Source: Eledone cirrhosa
Taxonomy: Eukaryota
Reading direction: 5' to 3'
NCBI GenBank assembly: GCA_964016885.1
Contig: OZ024748.1
Coordinates: 37,138,001 to 37,202,000, forward strand
DNA: 64,000 bases
The translations under genes and the position numbers were made by a program. Position 1 is the first letter of the stretch. Each line of letters starts with the position of its first letter. Positions 1 to 12,968 of this stretch are shown here, piece after piece. The notes under the pieces are model-generated. The model did not search any database. It was not told where the DNA came from and saw nothing but the letters and a program-made list of their open reading frames with translations.

Positions 1-44
1 CATGGCGTCCAACTCTCTACCGATACTGCCAATTCACCGCCCTA
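1..44 (-). mobile_element. 5' head of tRNA-derived SINE (continues beyond window start)
   Basis: Reverse complement reads GGGCGGTGAATTGGCAGTATCGGTAGAGAGTTGGACGCCATG, matching the head of the SINE at 25370 and carrying an A-box-like TGGCAGTATCGG. Confidence 0.7.
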
Positions 45-349
45 TTTGATAATATACTGTATGTAATTCACCGCCATATTTGATAATATACTGTATCTTT
101 ATTTAAACACATTTTGAAGACCATTCGCTATGAGTTTTAAATACAATTAATTTTGTTTTATTTAAATTAATTAAAAATTCTATTAAAAATAGTTTAAAAT
201 AATTAAGAATAATTGAAAATAATAAAAAATAATTGAAGTAAAATATAAAATGTCTTTAAAGATCACGGTGAACACATTTAAGGTTTTAAGCATCAAGATC
301 TATATTTGATGCTCAATTCTGTGATGGTTGGGGAGATGTATCTATTGGA

Positions 350-850
<501 letters not shown>

Positions 851-1114
851 TTACCAATATATCCATCTGTATATTTATATATTCATAAAGTTCAAATTAT
901 TTCCTTGTCCACCCTATTGACATATAAAACATGGAGCTTTTATAGGTTTTCAAGTATTATTTCTCTGTATTTCACACGGCAGCCATTTGCAACAGTTGCA
1001 ATATATGTCGTCTGCAATGTATATCGTCTGCAAACATAAATTAATGGACGATGTTTTGAAAAAGTATCATGTTTGGATATAATATTCTTGATATAGGAAT
1101 GCCATATATAACGC

Positions 1115-1161
1115 TCTTCTCTATCTCTCTCACTCTCTTTGACTGTTGTTCTCTCTCTCCA

Positions 1162-1242
<81 letters not shown>

Positions 1243-1342
1243 TTATTTCTCTCTCTCTCTCTCTTTCTTTCTCTTTGTCTTCCTTTATCTATCTATCAGA
1301 TAATCTTCTTCATAAAAACATTATATAACGCTTTTTCTCTGT

Positions 1343-1373
<31 letters not shown>

Positions 1374-1429
1374 TCTCTTTATCTCTCATTCTCTTTCTAT
1401 CGTTCTTTCTTTCTTTCTTTCTTTCTCTG

Positions 1430-1527
<98 letters not shown>

Positions 1528-1534
1528 CTCTTTC
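1115..1534. repeat. Compound microsatellite (CT)n/(CTTT)n/(CTAT)n
   Basis: Directly visible; (CTAT)n at about 1430-1526 abuts the LINE 5' end. Confidence 0.97.
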
Positions 1535-1743
1535 TGCCTGACGCGTGGAACATCGCCGGTAAGATTTTTTTGTAAATTTATATACGAAAAACAGAACAAA
1601 TTGTTTGAAAAAACATATCATTTTGTAGATTAACCCCCAAGCTGAATTGTCAGCTGGGTGGTAATCCCATTTTTCGCCCCTTTAGGGGCGAAAATTATAT
1701 TTTACAAATTGTTTTAAATATTAAATTTTGCCAACTATAAAAC

Positions 1744-2073
1744 ATGAATAAGACGACAAGAACGCTGGAGAACGTAAACAGAGAAAATAGAGGGAAAGAG
1801 GCAGATTTTAACGTTATATCTGCTTCTGCTACTATGGACGTCGCCATAGATACAACTGTCAACAAAGAGGAAAAAATGTTACCACTCGAAAATTGTACAA
1901 TTTCTACCGTCGAAGCGGAGAAAAATAACACTAACTCCCATGAAAACACAGAAATTAAACCTATTAACACACATACACATGAAAAAGACATCAACAACTC
2001 CACAGATACATCTACACATAAAGTTTCACCTTGTCAAGGAACTGAGATTTCAGACACCGAGGCTAACAACGAT

Positions 2074-2107
<34 letters not shown>

Positions 2108-3604
2108 GCAACACCAGACAAAAAAGAAAAATTGTCTTTCGCTGAAACAGTGAACAAAAAACAAGATTATATAAATCTTGACATCTCCAACGTAACAGAT
2201 ATGCTCCAGCAAGGGAGAACATTTGTAACTTTCGAAGAGAAGGGTGGGTTTAGAATTAACTCACCCCTTGAAATAAAGGAAGACACAGTTCGAAGATCAG
2301 TCACCTTTAGGACTGTGTACAATTCCACAAGAAAGACGATATTTGTTAGTCAAGCAGAAATTTCAAGGAAATTCTAGCAAATATCGATTTTCTCCAACGA
2401 GGAAAACAGTGCGGAAGTGTTTCCGTACTGTTTAAAAACGAGGCACTCGCCCAAAAACATTCTGTGACACCAATGGTGTCAAAAACCTTTTTCCCTACAT
2501 ACATGGGAAAAAGGACACAAATGATAAAAATAAAAAATATACCCCAAACATTAACATCTGGTGGATCTTGGCTGGCTTCGTAGAGCCAGAAACTGATATG
2601 ATTCTTTCGATACGAAAGTCTATTCGACAAAGGTGGGCGGGTACTGATTTGGAGATTCTGTTGCAAATGAGATCGGAGAGAATCTCCAAAATACCCGAAA
2701 GAGTCGTCATCGGAAGAAGGACGAAAATTTCATTGCTTTCGCTGTGGTAGCACAGCACACCTAAAAGCCTCTTGTCCTTCACAAACACACAACAACAACA
2801 TCATAAAAAAAACGCTATTACCAACACCAGCACCAAAACAACCACCACCACCACAAGTACAACGACAGACGAAACGAGCAACCACACCAAAACAAACAGA
2901 CACTCAACCAACCACAACAGAAAAAACAGAGACAACACCCCTGAAGAACACAGCCTCACCCATCCCACCGAAACACCACCACCACACAACATACCCTACC
3001 CCACACACCTAACGATGATTATTCATCGACGGATGAAGCTGCTTCTCCTTCTTTAAGTGAAGAAGTGGGAGAGCCGCGGAAATCTTAAAAACAAAAAAAG
3101 AGACACCACAAAACCCCCAAAACTCCAATCAGCAACACCAACACAAAACCACAGGCACAAACAACAACACAAACAACACCACAGTCAAACATCCCCCTAT
3201 CAGCAAAACCAACACCAACACCACCCCAATCACAAGCACTCACCATAAAAAGAAAACTCCCGGACGAACAACAAACTAAAACAACACAACAAAAACACAA
3301 ACAACAATACGCATACATCAACACAAACAACAAGAGTTTGATGGAGGTCATCTCCCAAAACCCCAAGGTGGAGACGGAGGGCAAAACTTTCGTCAAGGCA
3401 GAATCGTCTCCACACCTTAAACTTATAAGGGTTTCTATGGAAATCTATAATGACCTAACAAATAAATGTTCACAGGACGTGGGCAACCCCTGCCAGAAAC
3501 CCATCAACCGCGTCCTGTTAAAATGTTTCCCCACACCACCCAACACCCCATCCAGCACCCAAATGGAGATTAAACAACCCGATCTCCAAGAAACGAAAAG
3601 GTAA
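1744..3604 (+). pseudogene. LINE ORF1 (gag-like), frameshifted
   Basis: Fragments in several frames; CFRCGSTAHLKASC zinc knuckle at about 2734-2775; low-complexity T/Q/P-rich C-terminus; homologous to copy 2 ORF1 (ERISKIPERV vs ERIAQIPERV). Confidence 0.8.
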
Positions 3605-3645
3605 GTGCACATTTCGCCCTTTTTCTCCAACTTTTCTTCACCAAC

Positions 3646-6600
3646 ATGGCTGGTCTACGAGTTGCAAGCGTGAATGTGCGTCGCCTAGGGATGCCCTGGA
3701 AACAGGGACAACTTTTAAAAGACCTTAGGTCACACGGTATGAATGTTATAGCCATCACCGAGTCCAGGATCCACAACAGGCAGCAACTAACCCCCATCTT
3801 CAACGACTTTGAGATCTACGCATCTCTCTGTCAGCCAGGTGGTGGGGGTGGAGTGGCTGTCATGTTTCGGAAGAACCTGGACGTCGAACTACAGCAAGTG
3901 CACTTGAACCAGGAGGGTAGGAGGGTAGACTGGTAGTCCTAGACTATGTGGGAGCATGTCCCATTAGAGGGGCGCGCAACAGCCTCAAAACTTTAATCGG
4001 CCAATTCCAACTGGCCGATAGGTATCGACTGGATTTTCCGACTGCACCACAGTGGACGTGGGCAAACCGCAGCGGGACATCTAGATCGTATTTAGATAGG
4101 TTCTTCATTAGAGAAAGGGACAAGGAGATGTTAAGCTGTCCACGAATGCACATGGTTCCCTATTCAGATCACAAGTTAGTCGTTTGCTTAGTCAACCGTG
4201 ATAGAACACATAAACAAGGACCCGGATACTGGAAGCTGAACGTGTCGTTGCCGGCAAGTAAAGCTTACAGTGAACGTATAAGTAGACTAGTCAAGCAACA
4301 GTTAACAGGAGCCATCGTCAACAATAGATGGTGGTACTCTCGCAAGAAAGCAATTAGAATTGATAGGGTTTAGCAGAAAGTTAGCCTTAGAGAAAAACAA
4401 ACTAGAAAGAGAACTAATAGCCAAGGTAGAGGAGGCACTTAGAAGTGGAAATGCGGCTAGAGTGTTAGCGTCGAGAACGGCACTGGACCAGTTCTTCGAT
4501 GCGAAACACGAAGGCTGCGTGGTCAGAAGCAAAACACGTGCTCTAGGAAATGAAGGAGCGAAAGCTGTCAGCTGGGCCCGAGTAGCGGAGGCAAAAAGTG
4601 GCAACAAGTCCACGATTCGGTCTTTGAAAGATCAAAACGGACGCGTGCTACTTGACCCCAAGCAAATGTGCGCGGCCTTTCAGCAGCACTTTCCGCAACT
4701 ATTTGAGCAGAACGACGGTGAGCCGAACGGGGCAATGGACTTTAGTTCATACCTCGACGGCCTGCCGCATCTCTCGAACACGGACGCCGAGTTCTGCGAT
4801 AGACCAATCACGGACACTGAGATACGGGACGCTCTGGGCCGCTGCGGGAAACGCAAGTCACCCGGTCTAGATGGTCTACCCCATCAGTTTTACATAGGCA
4901 TACCGGACTTGTTCTCTGGCGTCCTCGAAGCCGTCTACTGCAATTGCAGCAGAACGGGAGTTAAAGATTTTGGCCAAGGTGCTAGCGACGAGGTTGGCGC
5001 TTGTCAACCAAGATCCTGGTAGGGAAAGCACAAACGTGTGCAATCCTGACCAGGTCCATACACGACAATCTCCACCTCATGCGATACATCATAGAGAGGG
5101 TGGGTAGTAAACCCGGCTTCGGTGGGGCTCTGATCAATTTAGATCAGGCTAAGGCTTTTGATAGGGTCGACTATCGATACTTGCAAGCGGTTCTCAAGGC
5201 GGCCGGTTTCGATCCCGTGTTCAGAGGCTGCATAGAGGCGATGCACACCAGCATCTACTCGAAGGTCAAGGTGAACGGCTACCTATCGGAGCCATTCGCA
5301 ATTACGCGATCCATTCGACAGGGATGCCCTCTCTCCTCCATTCTGTATGTATTGACTCTAGAGCCACTACTGCGGAAATTGGAGCTGATGCAGGGCATCC
5401 GTCTAGAACCGGGACTGCGCAAAGCGGCGTCGGCTTATGCCGACGACGTAACGGTAATGGTGTCGAGCACCTCGGAAATCGGGGTGATCGGCAACTTACT
5501 GAAAGAATGCGAAACGCTGACGGGAGCAAAACTAAACCCGGACAAGTCTGTCGGTTTGCAACTCGGTACGTGGAAAGGCAAACCGATGACGCACGACAGC
5601 GTCGTTGGACGCTGGACGGACGGACCGGTGAAATTGCTCGGGGTCTGGTTCGGTCCAGACCTCCAGGTGGAGAAAAACTGGAACGAGGTCACGGCCAAGG
5701 TGTTTGCACTCACCCAGAAATGGGCAGAGTGCAAACTGTCCTTGAAAGGTCGAGCGGAGGTGGCGACCACTTTCATAGCGTCCGTCATCTACTACCGCTT
5801 GACTGTCGTGCCTTGTCCCCGTGAACACCTCGCCAAGATGGAACACATGCTCTTCCAGTTTCTGTGGAACAAGCAGGCTCCGCTCGTGAGGAGATCCGTC
5901 TGCTGTCAGCACCCTTCCAACGGAGGGCTGGGAATGTCATGGCTGAAGATGCGCAAACATGCGCTGAGGCTGCGGCATCTCTAGGTATTCCCCACCGACC
6001 CCCAACCGGTGTGGGCACCGTTTGTGAGACAGGCTTTCCCACAGCTCGTCTCGCTAACGGAGCTGCAGTCCTGAGTCAAGAAAAGATCGAAAACGATGGG
6101 CGCCTGGCACATTGAATGCGCTCAGGCGCTCACAGTCCTCTGGAAAGCGGGCGCAGCAATCAGTGGAGACTCCACTTCGACATTCTATAGAGGGATTGTA
6201 CGTTACAAGGGCGACGCCGTGCTCGGAGAGACTCTGCGCGTCGAAGACGATGAGCTCACCAGTCTGTTTGGTAGGTCTTTCCGCCCGGGACCTATGGACA
6301 ACTTCCAGAGGTCCCTGGCCTGGCAGTGCTACCGAGGAGCTCTACCGGTTCGTGACAAGATCTACAGGCACGGACGCTCCGGCAGGGATCCTTCCAAGAG
6401 GACGTGTCCATTGAAACAATCCTGCACGCAATTGTATACTGCCCGGGCGTAACCGATCTGTGGAACTATGCAGAACAACTGCTGTCGCGTATGGGACAAA
6501 TCCAGTTGACTGCCGTGTCCATAGTAAGGAGCAAACCGCCAGCCTCTTTCAAAAACGTACGGTGGCTATGGTGAAAGAAGTTATATGGTGGACGAGATTG

Positions 6601-6783
6601 AGAGGACTGAGGACAGATGCCTTTCTCTACGGACAACAATTGATTCCCTTCTTTAAGTATCACTTTAGAAGGTGAATCAGAGTGGAGAGAGAGGCACTGC
6701 ACCCCAGTAAATTTACTGAAAGGTGGGTGAATGAAGCTAAAATGGCCCAACTGATTGGGCCTTCTCTGTTTATAAGCCTGTAG
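3646..6783 (+). pseudogene. LINE ORF2 (AP endonuclease - reverse transcriptase), disrupted
   Basis: APE motifs SVNVRRL, ITES, YLDRFF, SDH, GPGYWKLN; RT motifs KSPGLDG, LDQAKAFDRV, RQGCPLS, YADD (5436), GGLG; multiple stops, frameshifts and deletions. Confidence 0.92.
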
Positions 6784-7244
6784 GTTGAAGAAGAGAGCAA
6801 AAGGAAGAAAGGCGCACTTGCACAACACACTCCTGAAGTTGAGGGTTGTTCTATTGACGGGGTATTAAACAACCCATTTGTGCCCCCCCCCCCCTATTGG
6901 GGATTTCGATTGTTGTAATTGTTTGTTTTTATATTTTTTACACGACTGTAGGTAAAATCCCCAGCATGTCTTTGTATTGTCCCCTTTTCTTGTGCGCCTT
7001 TGTGACAAATAAAGAAATCTATCTATCTATCTGGGATGGACACACGCGTAAAACTTGTTGGGTAAGTTCTGCCTAAATTTCCATAGAAATTCCAAACTGT
7101 AAACTTCATTTTTGTACCATTTTGTAGAGAGACTGCCACGTCAAATTGTGATCTGGTCAGTCTCTCAAATTATTCTACGACTTTAGGCGAAATTGTGTTG
7201 AAAAAATTTGTTTATCTTTCGAAAAATTTCCTACTTTGATAAAA

Positions 7245-8901
7245 ATGGCTGAAGCATCTTCACCAACATTCAAAGAAAGAAAAGGGAAGCTAAACTCACA
7301 GCTTCTTCCTGCCACTGTCACAGCAGCAGATGACCGACCTGCTGACCGACAACTTGATGTAGCCACAACTACACAAGAAACCGAAAACAACAACATCAAC
7401 GACAACAACAGCAACACTAAAGACAATGATAACAACAAAACCACCAACTATAACAGCAACACGAACAAGAAAAAGTCTCCTTCGCCCAGACTGCAAGGAA
7501 AACCCTCGACTATCTGCCAGTAGATATAAGCAAAGCGAAGGAGCTACTGGCAGATGCCAAAAAATACATAGTGTACGGGGAAAATGGATCTTTTTCGACC
7601 CCCCCCCCCCCGGAACTAAAAAGCCGGAGACTCCTAAACACTGTCATGTTTAGGACAGTATCAAACAAAAGCAAAACACCAGCTCAACCATCACAGAGTG
7701 AGATAGAGCTGGTTTTAAAAGATGTCATGAAAGACATCATATTCATTCAGAAGGATAGACTCTATGGGAGTAGAAACTGTCAATAAAACCAATCACATCC
7801 ACCGCATACACCTTCTACCCTACGTACATGGGAAGGACACAAAAAATAAAAATTCACACCATCCTTCCGATTGTGGACATATGCTGGGTATTGACAGGTT
7901 TCCTGGACCTAGACGATGACACACTAATATCCATGGGAAAGGCATCGGGTGACGCGTTCAGTGGAACGGGCCTCGAACTTGTAGTTCAAATGAGGCCCGA
8001 AAGGATCGCCCAGATCCCTGAACGCGTTATACTGGATGATCAAACTGTTATCAACATTACCGTTGAGGGTAGGCGGCCCTCGTGTTACCTCTGTGGAGCC
8101 AGAACTCACCTGAGGGCTGTCTGTCCTCAACTTAAAAAGAAAACCCCAATCCTGCCTACACCACCAACAACTGCACAACCAACACTATTGCCACAACCAC
8201 CACTACAAAAACAACAACCACAGCTCAAACCAAAACAAAACACTGTCCAACCCATCCTCCCCACACTAAAAAAAAACAATTTCCAAAACACCCGCACCGC
8301 AAACACAACCCGAAAATCTACCCCTCCTTTCCAACGCGGAAGATGACCCTCGTTCGTCGTCAGACGAAGAGGAGCACTTCCACACAATCAAAAGAAAAAA
8401 AAGAAAACACACCTCAGACACACAAATGAAAACAACCCCTCCGCAAAACATAACACAGACACCAACACAAAAGAGCACACAACAACAGCAAACAAAAAAC
8501 ACCACACAAAAACAAAAACATGCATAAATACAAGAAATAAAAAACTGCTAAACATTGTATACAACAACAATTTAGTAAAAACCCAAGGGCCTAACTTTAC
8601 CCAGGCAGGGGATTTCCCCCACCTCAAAATAATTAAGGCCCCAGAGGACACATATAAAACACTAAAAAACAACTTTAAAGAGGACGTGTGTCCCCCCCCC
8701 CCCCCCCTGCGTCGGCCCATTAATCGCGTCCTCCTAAAAAATTTCCCCACCCCCTCCCCAAACACCCACACAATTCCAAACACACCAACCACACAACACA
8801 CTGATGCCCCTACACTTTCACAAACCACCACCCCGCCCAACAACCCATCCCCCACCCTCATGGAAATTGTGCAGCCCGATACCCGGGACGCAGAGAGGTA
8901 A
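7245..8901 (+). pseudogene. LINE ORF1 (gag-like), frameshifted
   Basis: CYLCGARTHLRAVC (CX2CX4HX4C) in ORF 7828..8346; C-terminus RPINRVLLKNFPTP shared with copy 1. Confidence 0.82.
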
Positions 8902-8925
8902 GTGCCTTTTCTCTTCACCACCAAC

Positions 8926-11900
8926 ATGGCTATTCTAAGAGTAGGCTGTCTAAATGCGCGTGGCCTGAGGCTCAACTTGGAAGCAAGCAATGCTTCTAAA
9001 TGACCTCAGGTCACAACGTATAGATGTGATGTTTATTTGCGAGGCCCGGATCAGCAACGTGCGACAGCTGGCCCCCACCTTTGATGACTTTGAGATGCAC
9101 GCATCTCTCTGTCAGCCCGGAGGCGGGGGTGAGTTGTCGTTCTGCTGCAAAAACATCTGGGTCTCGCAACACAGACGGTACTTTTGGACCCGGAGAGTCG
9201 ACTAGTGGTTGTGGACCTTGGCAGTGGTGAAGGCGGAGCGTTTAGGCTGGTAGCCATCTACGGCCCTTTCGGGTCAACGCGGCCGGACTTCTTCCATCGT
9301 CTGGAGACATTTCTAGGGACGTCCCTAGACGCTCCTTGCTATTAGTGGGGGACTGGAATGGTATCCTAGATGCACGTTGGGACTACGTAGGGGCCTGTCC
9401 CGATAGAGAGGGGTGTAACAGCCTCAAAGCGTTAATCGGTCGATTTGACCTGGGCGATAGATATCGACTAGATTTTCCGACTGCGCCAACCTGGACTTGG
9501 GCAAACCGCAGCGGATCATCTACGTCGTACCTAGATAGGTTTTTAGTTAGAAATAAGGATAAGGACTTTTTAAGTTGTCCAAAAATGCTCATGGTTGGCT
9601 ATTCAGACCACAAGTTAGTGACCTGCATAGTCAACCTTGACAGAACGCATAGACAGGGACCCGGTTACTGGAAGCTCAACTTGCCCTTACCGGCAAGTAA
9701 GGCTTACAGGGACCGGATTAGTACTTTAGTTGAGGAGCGGTTGACGGGCGCCATCGTCAACAGCAGGTGGTGGGGATCTCTCAAAAGAGAGATTAGAGTA
9801 GTCTCTATAGAATTTTGTAAGGAGTTAGCTTCAAATAGAAATAGGAAGGAAAGGGAGTTGGTAGATAGTGTAGAAGAGGCAATTAGAAGCGGCGATGTGG
9901 CCAAAGTGCTAGCGTCGAGAACGGCTCTGGGCCAGTTCTTCGACGCGAAGCAAAATACGTGCTCTGGGAAACGAGGGGACCAAAGCTGTTAGCTGGGCCG
10001 CGTGACAGAAGCCAAAAGAGGGAGTAGATCCACTATCCGGTCTTTGCGAGACCAGGATGGACGGGTGATCCTTGAACCTAAGCAGATGTGCGAGGCTTTT
10101 CAAAAGTACTTTGCCAGATTGTTCGGAAGGGGCGGGGAACCGGTTGGGGAAGTGGACTTCGGTCCATACCTCGACGGCCTGCCGCGTCTCTCGGACAGGG
10201 AGTCGAAGTCCTGCGAGGAGCCGATTTCAGCCGCTGAGATAGAGGACGTGCTGAGCTAATGTGGCAAACGTAAATCCCCGGGTTTCGATGGTCTTCCATA
10301 CGAACTATATCTAGCTATGCCGGACTTGTTCCTCGATCTCCTCGAAGCGGTCTACTGAAACTGGCAGCAGAACGGGAGAATTCCCTGTGCTGTGACCAAG
10401 GGTGTAGTCACGCTAGTGAGGAGGGCGAGAACAAGGGGGACGATATCAATAATTTCAGACCCATAACTCTGCTAAATACAGAGTTACAGATTTTGGCCAA
10501 GGTGCTAGCAAAGAGGTTGGCGCTTGTCATGGGCAACCTGATGGGAGATGCGCAGACATGTGCTATGTCGTCCAGGTCTATCCTCGACAACCCCCACGTC
10601 ATGCGATACATCATAGAGGGGGTTGGGAACGAACCGGCTTTGGTTGGGCCCTGATCAACTTGGCTCAATCTAAGGCGTTCGATAGGGTCGACCATGGTTA
10701 CCTGGATGCGGTGCTAGCGGCGGCAGGCTTCGGACCCGTTTTCAGGGGCTGGATCACTGCCATGCACAGCAGCCGCATCTGCTCTAGGGTCAAGGTGAAC
10801 GGCTACCTCTCGGAGCCGTTCGAAATCACGCGGCCCATCCGACAAGGGTGCCCTCTCTCCTCCCTTCTGTATGTAATGACTCTAGAGCCACTGCTGCGGA
10901 AGTTGGAGTTATTGCAGGGCATCCCGTTAGAACCGGGATTGTGGAAAGCGGTGTCGGCCTACGCCGATGACGTAACAGTAATGGTGTCGACGGCCTCCGA
11001 AATCGGGGCGATCGGCACCTTACTGGAGGAGTACGAAAGGTTTACAGGGCCTAAGCTGAAACGGGACAAGTCGATCAGTCTGCAACTCGGCACGTGGAGG
11101 GGCAGATCGATGCCCTCCGATGGCGTCGTCGGGCGCTGGATGGAGGGCCCGGTGAAGTTGCTCGGGGTCTGGTTCGGACCAGACCTCCAGGTGGAGAACT
11201 GGGGTGGGGTAACGAACAGGGTGTTTGCACTGACCCAGAATTGGGCCGATTGCAAACTGTCCTTGAAAGGTCGGGCGTAGGTGGCGAACACTTACATAGC
11301 GTCCGCCATCTACTACCGCCTGACCGTCGTGCCTTGCCCAAAGGAAACGCTCGCCAAAATGGAGCGCGCACTCTTCCAATTCCTTTGGAAGAAGCGGGTT
11401 CCTATGGTGAGGAGATCCATCTGCTGTCAACACCCTTCGAAAGGAGGGCTGGGGATGCCGTGGCTGATGATGCGTAAACACGCATTAAGCCTACAGTACC
11501 TCCAGATATTCCTCACCGGTCAACCGGTGTGGGCCCCGTTTTTGAGGCGAGCCTTTCCCAGACTCGTCTCGCTCACCGAGCTGCAATCCTGGGTCAAACA
11601 AAGACCGAGAAAACTGGGCTCCTGGCACACCGAGTGTGCCCAGGCGCTCACGGCTCTCTGGCAGGCGGACCCAGCTGTCAGTGGAGAATCTACCTCGTCA
11701 TTCTATAGAGGGCTGGTGGTTAGAATGTCCGACGACACCCTCGGAGAAGCCCTAGACATGGAGGAAAACGAACCTGCCAACCTGTTCGGTAGGACATTCA
11801 GACCGGGACCTATCGATAACTTCCAGAGGTCTCTGGCCTGGTAGTGCTACCGAGGGGCTCTGCCCGTTCGAGAAAGGCTCTACAGACACGGACGACCGGG

Positions 11901-12381
11901 TAGGGACCCCTCGAAAAAGATCTGTCCCAGATGCGTGTGCGACGAGGAAACCGTTGCACACGCTTTGGTACACTGCTCAGGCATTGCCGATCTGAGGGGC
12001 TATGACGAACGACTGCTGTCACGGGTGGGACCGATCCGGTTGACCACCGAGTCTATTGTAACGATCAAGCCGCCTCCCCTCTTCAAAAACGAAGGAGAGG
12101 TGGTGTTTCTGTGCTTAATAGCCATGGTGAAAGAGGTTGTATGGTGGACGCGTCTGAAAGGACTGAGGTCAGACACCTTTCTCTCTGGCCAACAACTGAT
12201 CCGTTTCTCCCGATATAATTTCGGAAGAAGGATCAGGATGAAGAGAGGGGTGCTGCACCCCAGCCGTTTTTATGAAAGATGGGTGAAAGAGGCGAGAATG
12301 GCCCGTGTGAATGGGCCTTCACTCTACATCAGACTGTTGGTGAGAAAGATAAAAGATCAAGGGAGCACCCTCTCTCTGTGA
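8926..12381 (+). pseudogene. LINE ORF2 (APE - RT - CCHC zinc finger), disrupted
   Basis: GDWN, YLDRF, SDH, GPGYWKLN, KAFDRV, RQGCPLS, YADD (10960), GGLGMP and C-terminal CPRC..ETVAHALVHC; in-frame stops and frameshifts. Confidence 0.93.
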
Positions 12382-12606
12382 TCCTGAGGAGAAGGGTTGC
12401 ACACTTTTTCGGGGGGGTGTGTGACCCCTCAAGGCGCCTCCTCCCTATTGAGGATTTTGTTATTCAATTTATTTTTGTTATATTTTATATCTTATATTTT
12501 TATATTTTGTTATTGCCTCCTCCTTATTGGGGACGCCTCTTTATGTAAACTCCCCCCATTGTACTTGTCCCACTCTTTGACGCCCGGGTGGCAAATAAAA
12601 AGAAAG

Positions 12607-12707
12607 TTATCTATCTATCTCTCTAACTATCTATCTATCTCTCTATATATCTATCTATCTGTCTGTCTATAAACGTATATATCTATCTGACGATCTATTT
12701 ATCAATT

Positions 12708-12774
<67 letters not shown>

Positions 12775-12830
12775 CACTCTCATACTGTGTCTCTTTCTGT
12801 TTGTACATCTGTCTGTCTATCATTATGTCC

Positions 12831-12886
<56 letters not shown>

Positions 12887-12968
12887 CAGGTAGCAGAGGG
12901 AGTGGTTATATGGCTATATACATATACAGTATATGTACAAAAATATGGTGTATATATATATATATATA
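12607..12968. repeat. Compound microsatellite (CTAT)n/(CT)n/(GA)n/(TA)n
   Basis: Directly visible. Confidence 0.95.

Larger units (their letters stand above)
1535..7016 (+). mobile_element. Tx1-group (L1 clade) non-LTR retrotransposon, copy 1, near full-length, inactive
   Basis: 5'UTR, ORF1 with CCHC knuckle, ORF2 with APE, RT and C-terminal remnants; AATAAA at 7008-7013 followed by (ATCT)n; colinear with copy 2. Confidence 0.9.
7033..12606 (+). mobile_element. Tx1-group (L1 clade) non-LTR retrotransposon, copy 2, near full-length, inactive
   Basis: Starts right after (ATCT)4; ORF1 and ORF2 remnants; AATAAA at 12594-12599 then (CTAT)n. Confidence 0.9.

Noticed and set aside
5302-11481. Antisense and alternate-frame ORFs inside the LINE ORF2 regions
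   Set aside because: Shadow ORFs of GC-rich coding sequence.
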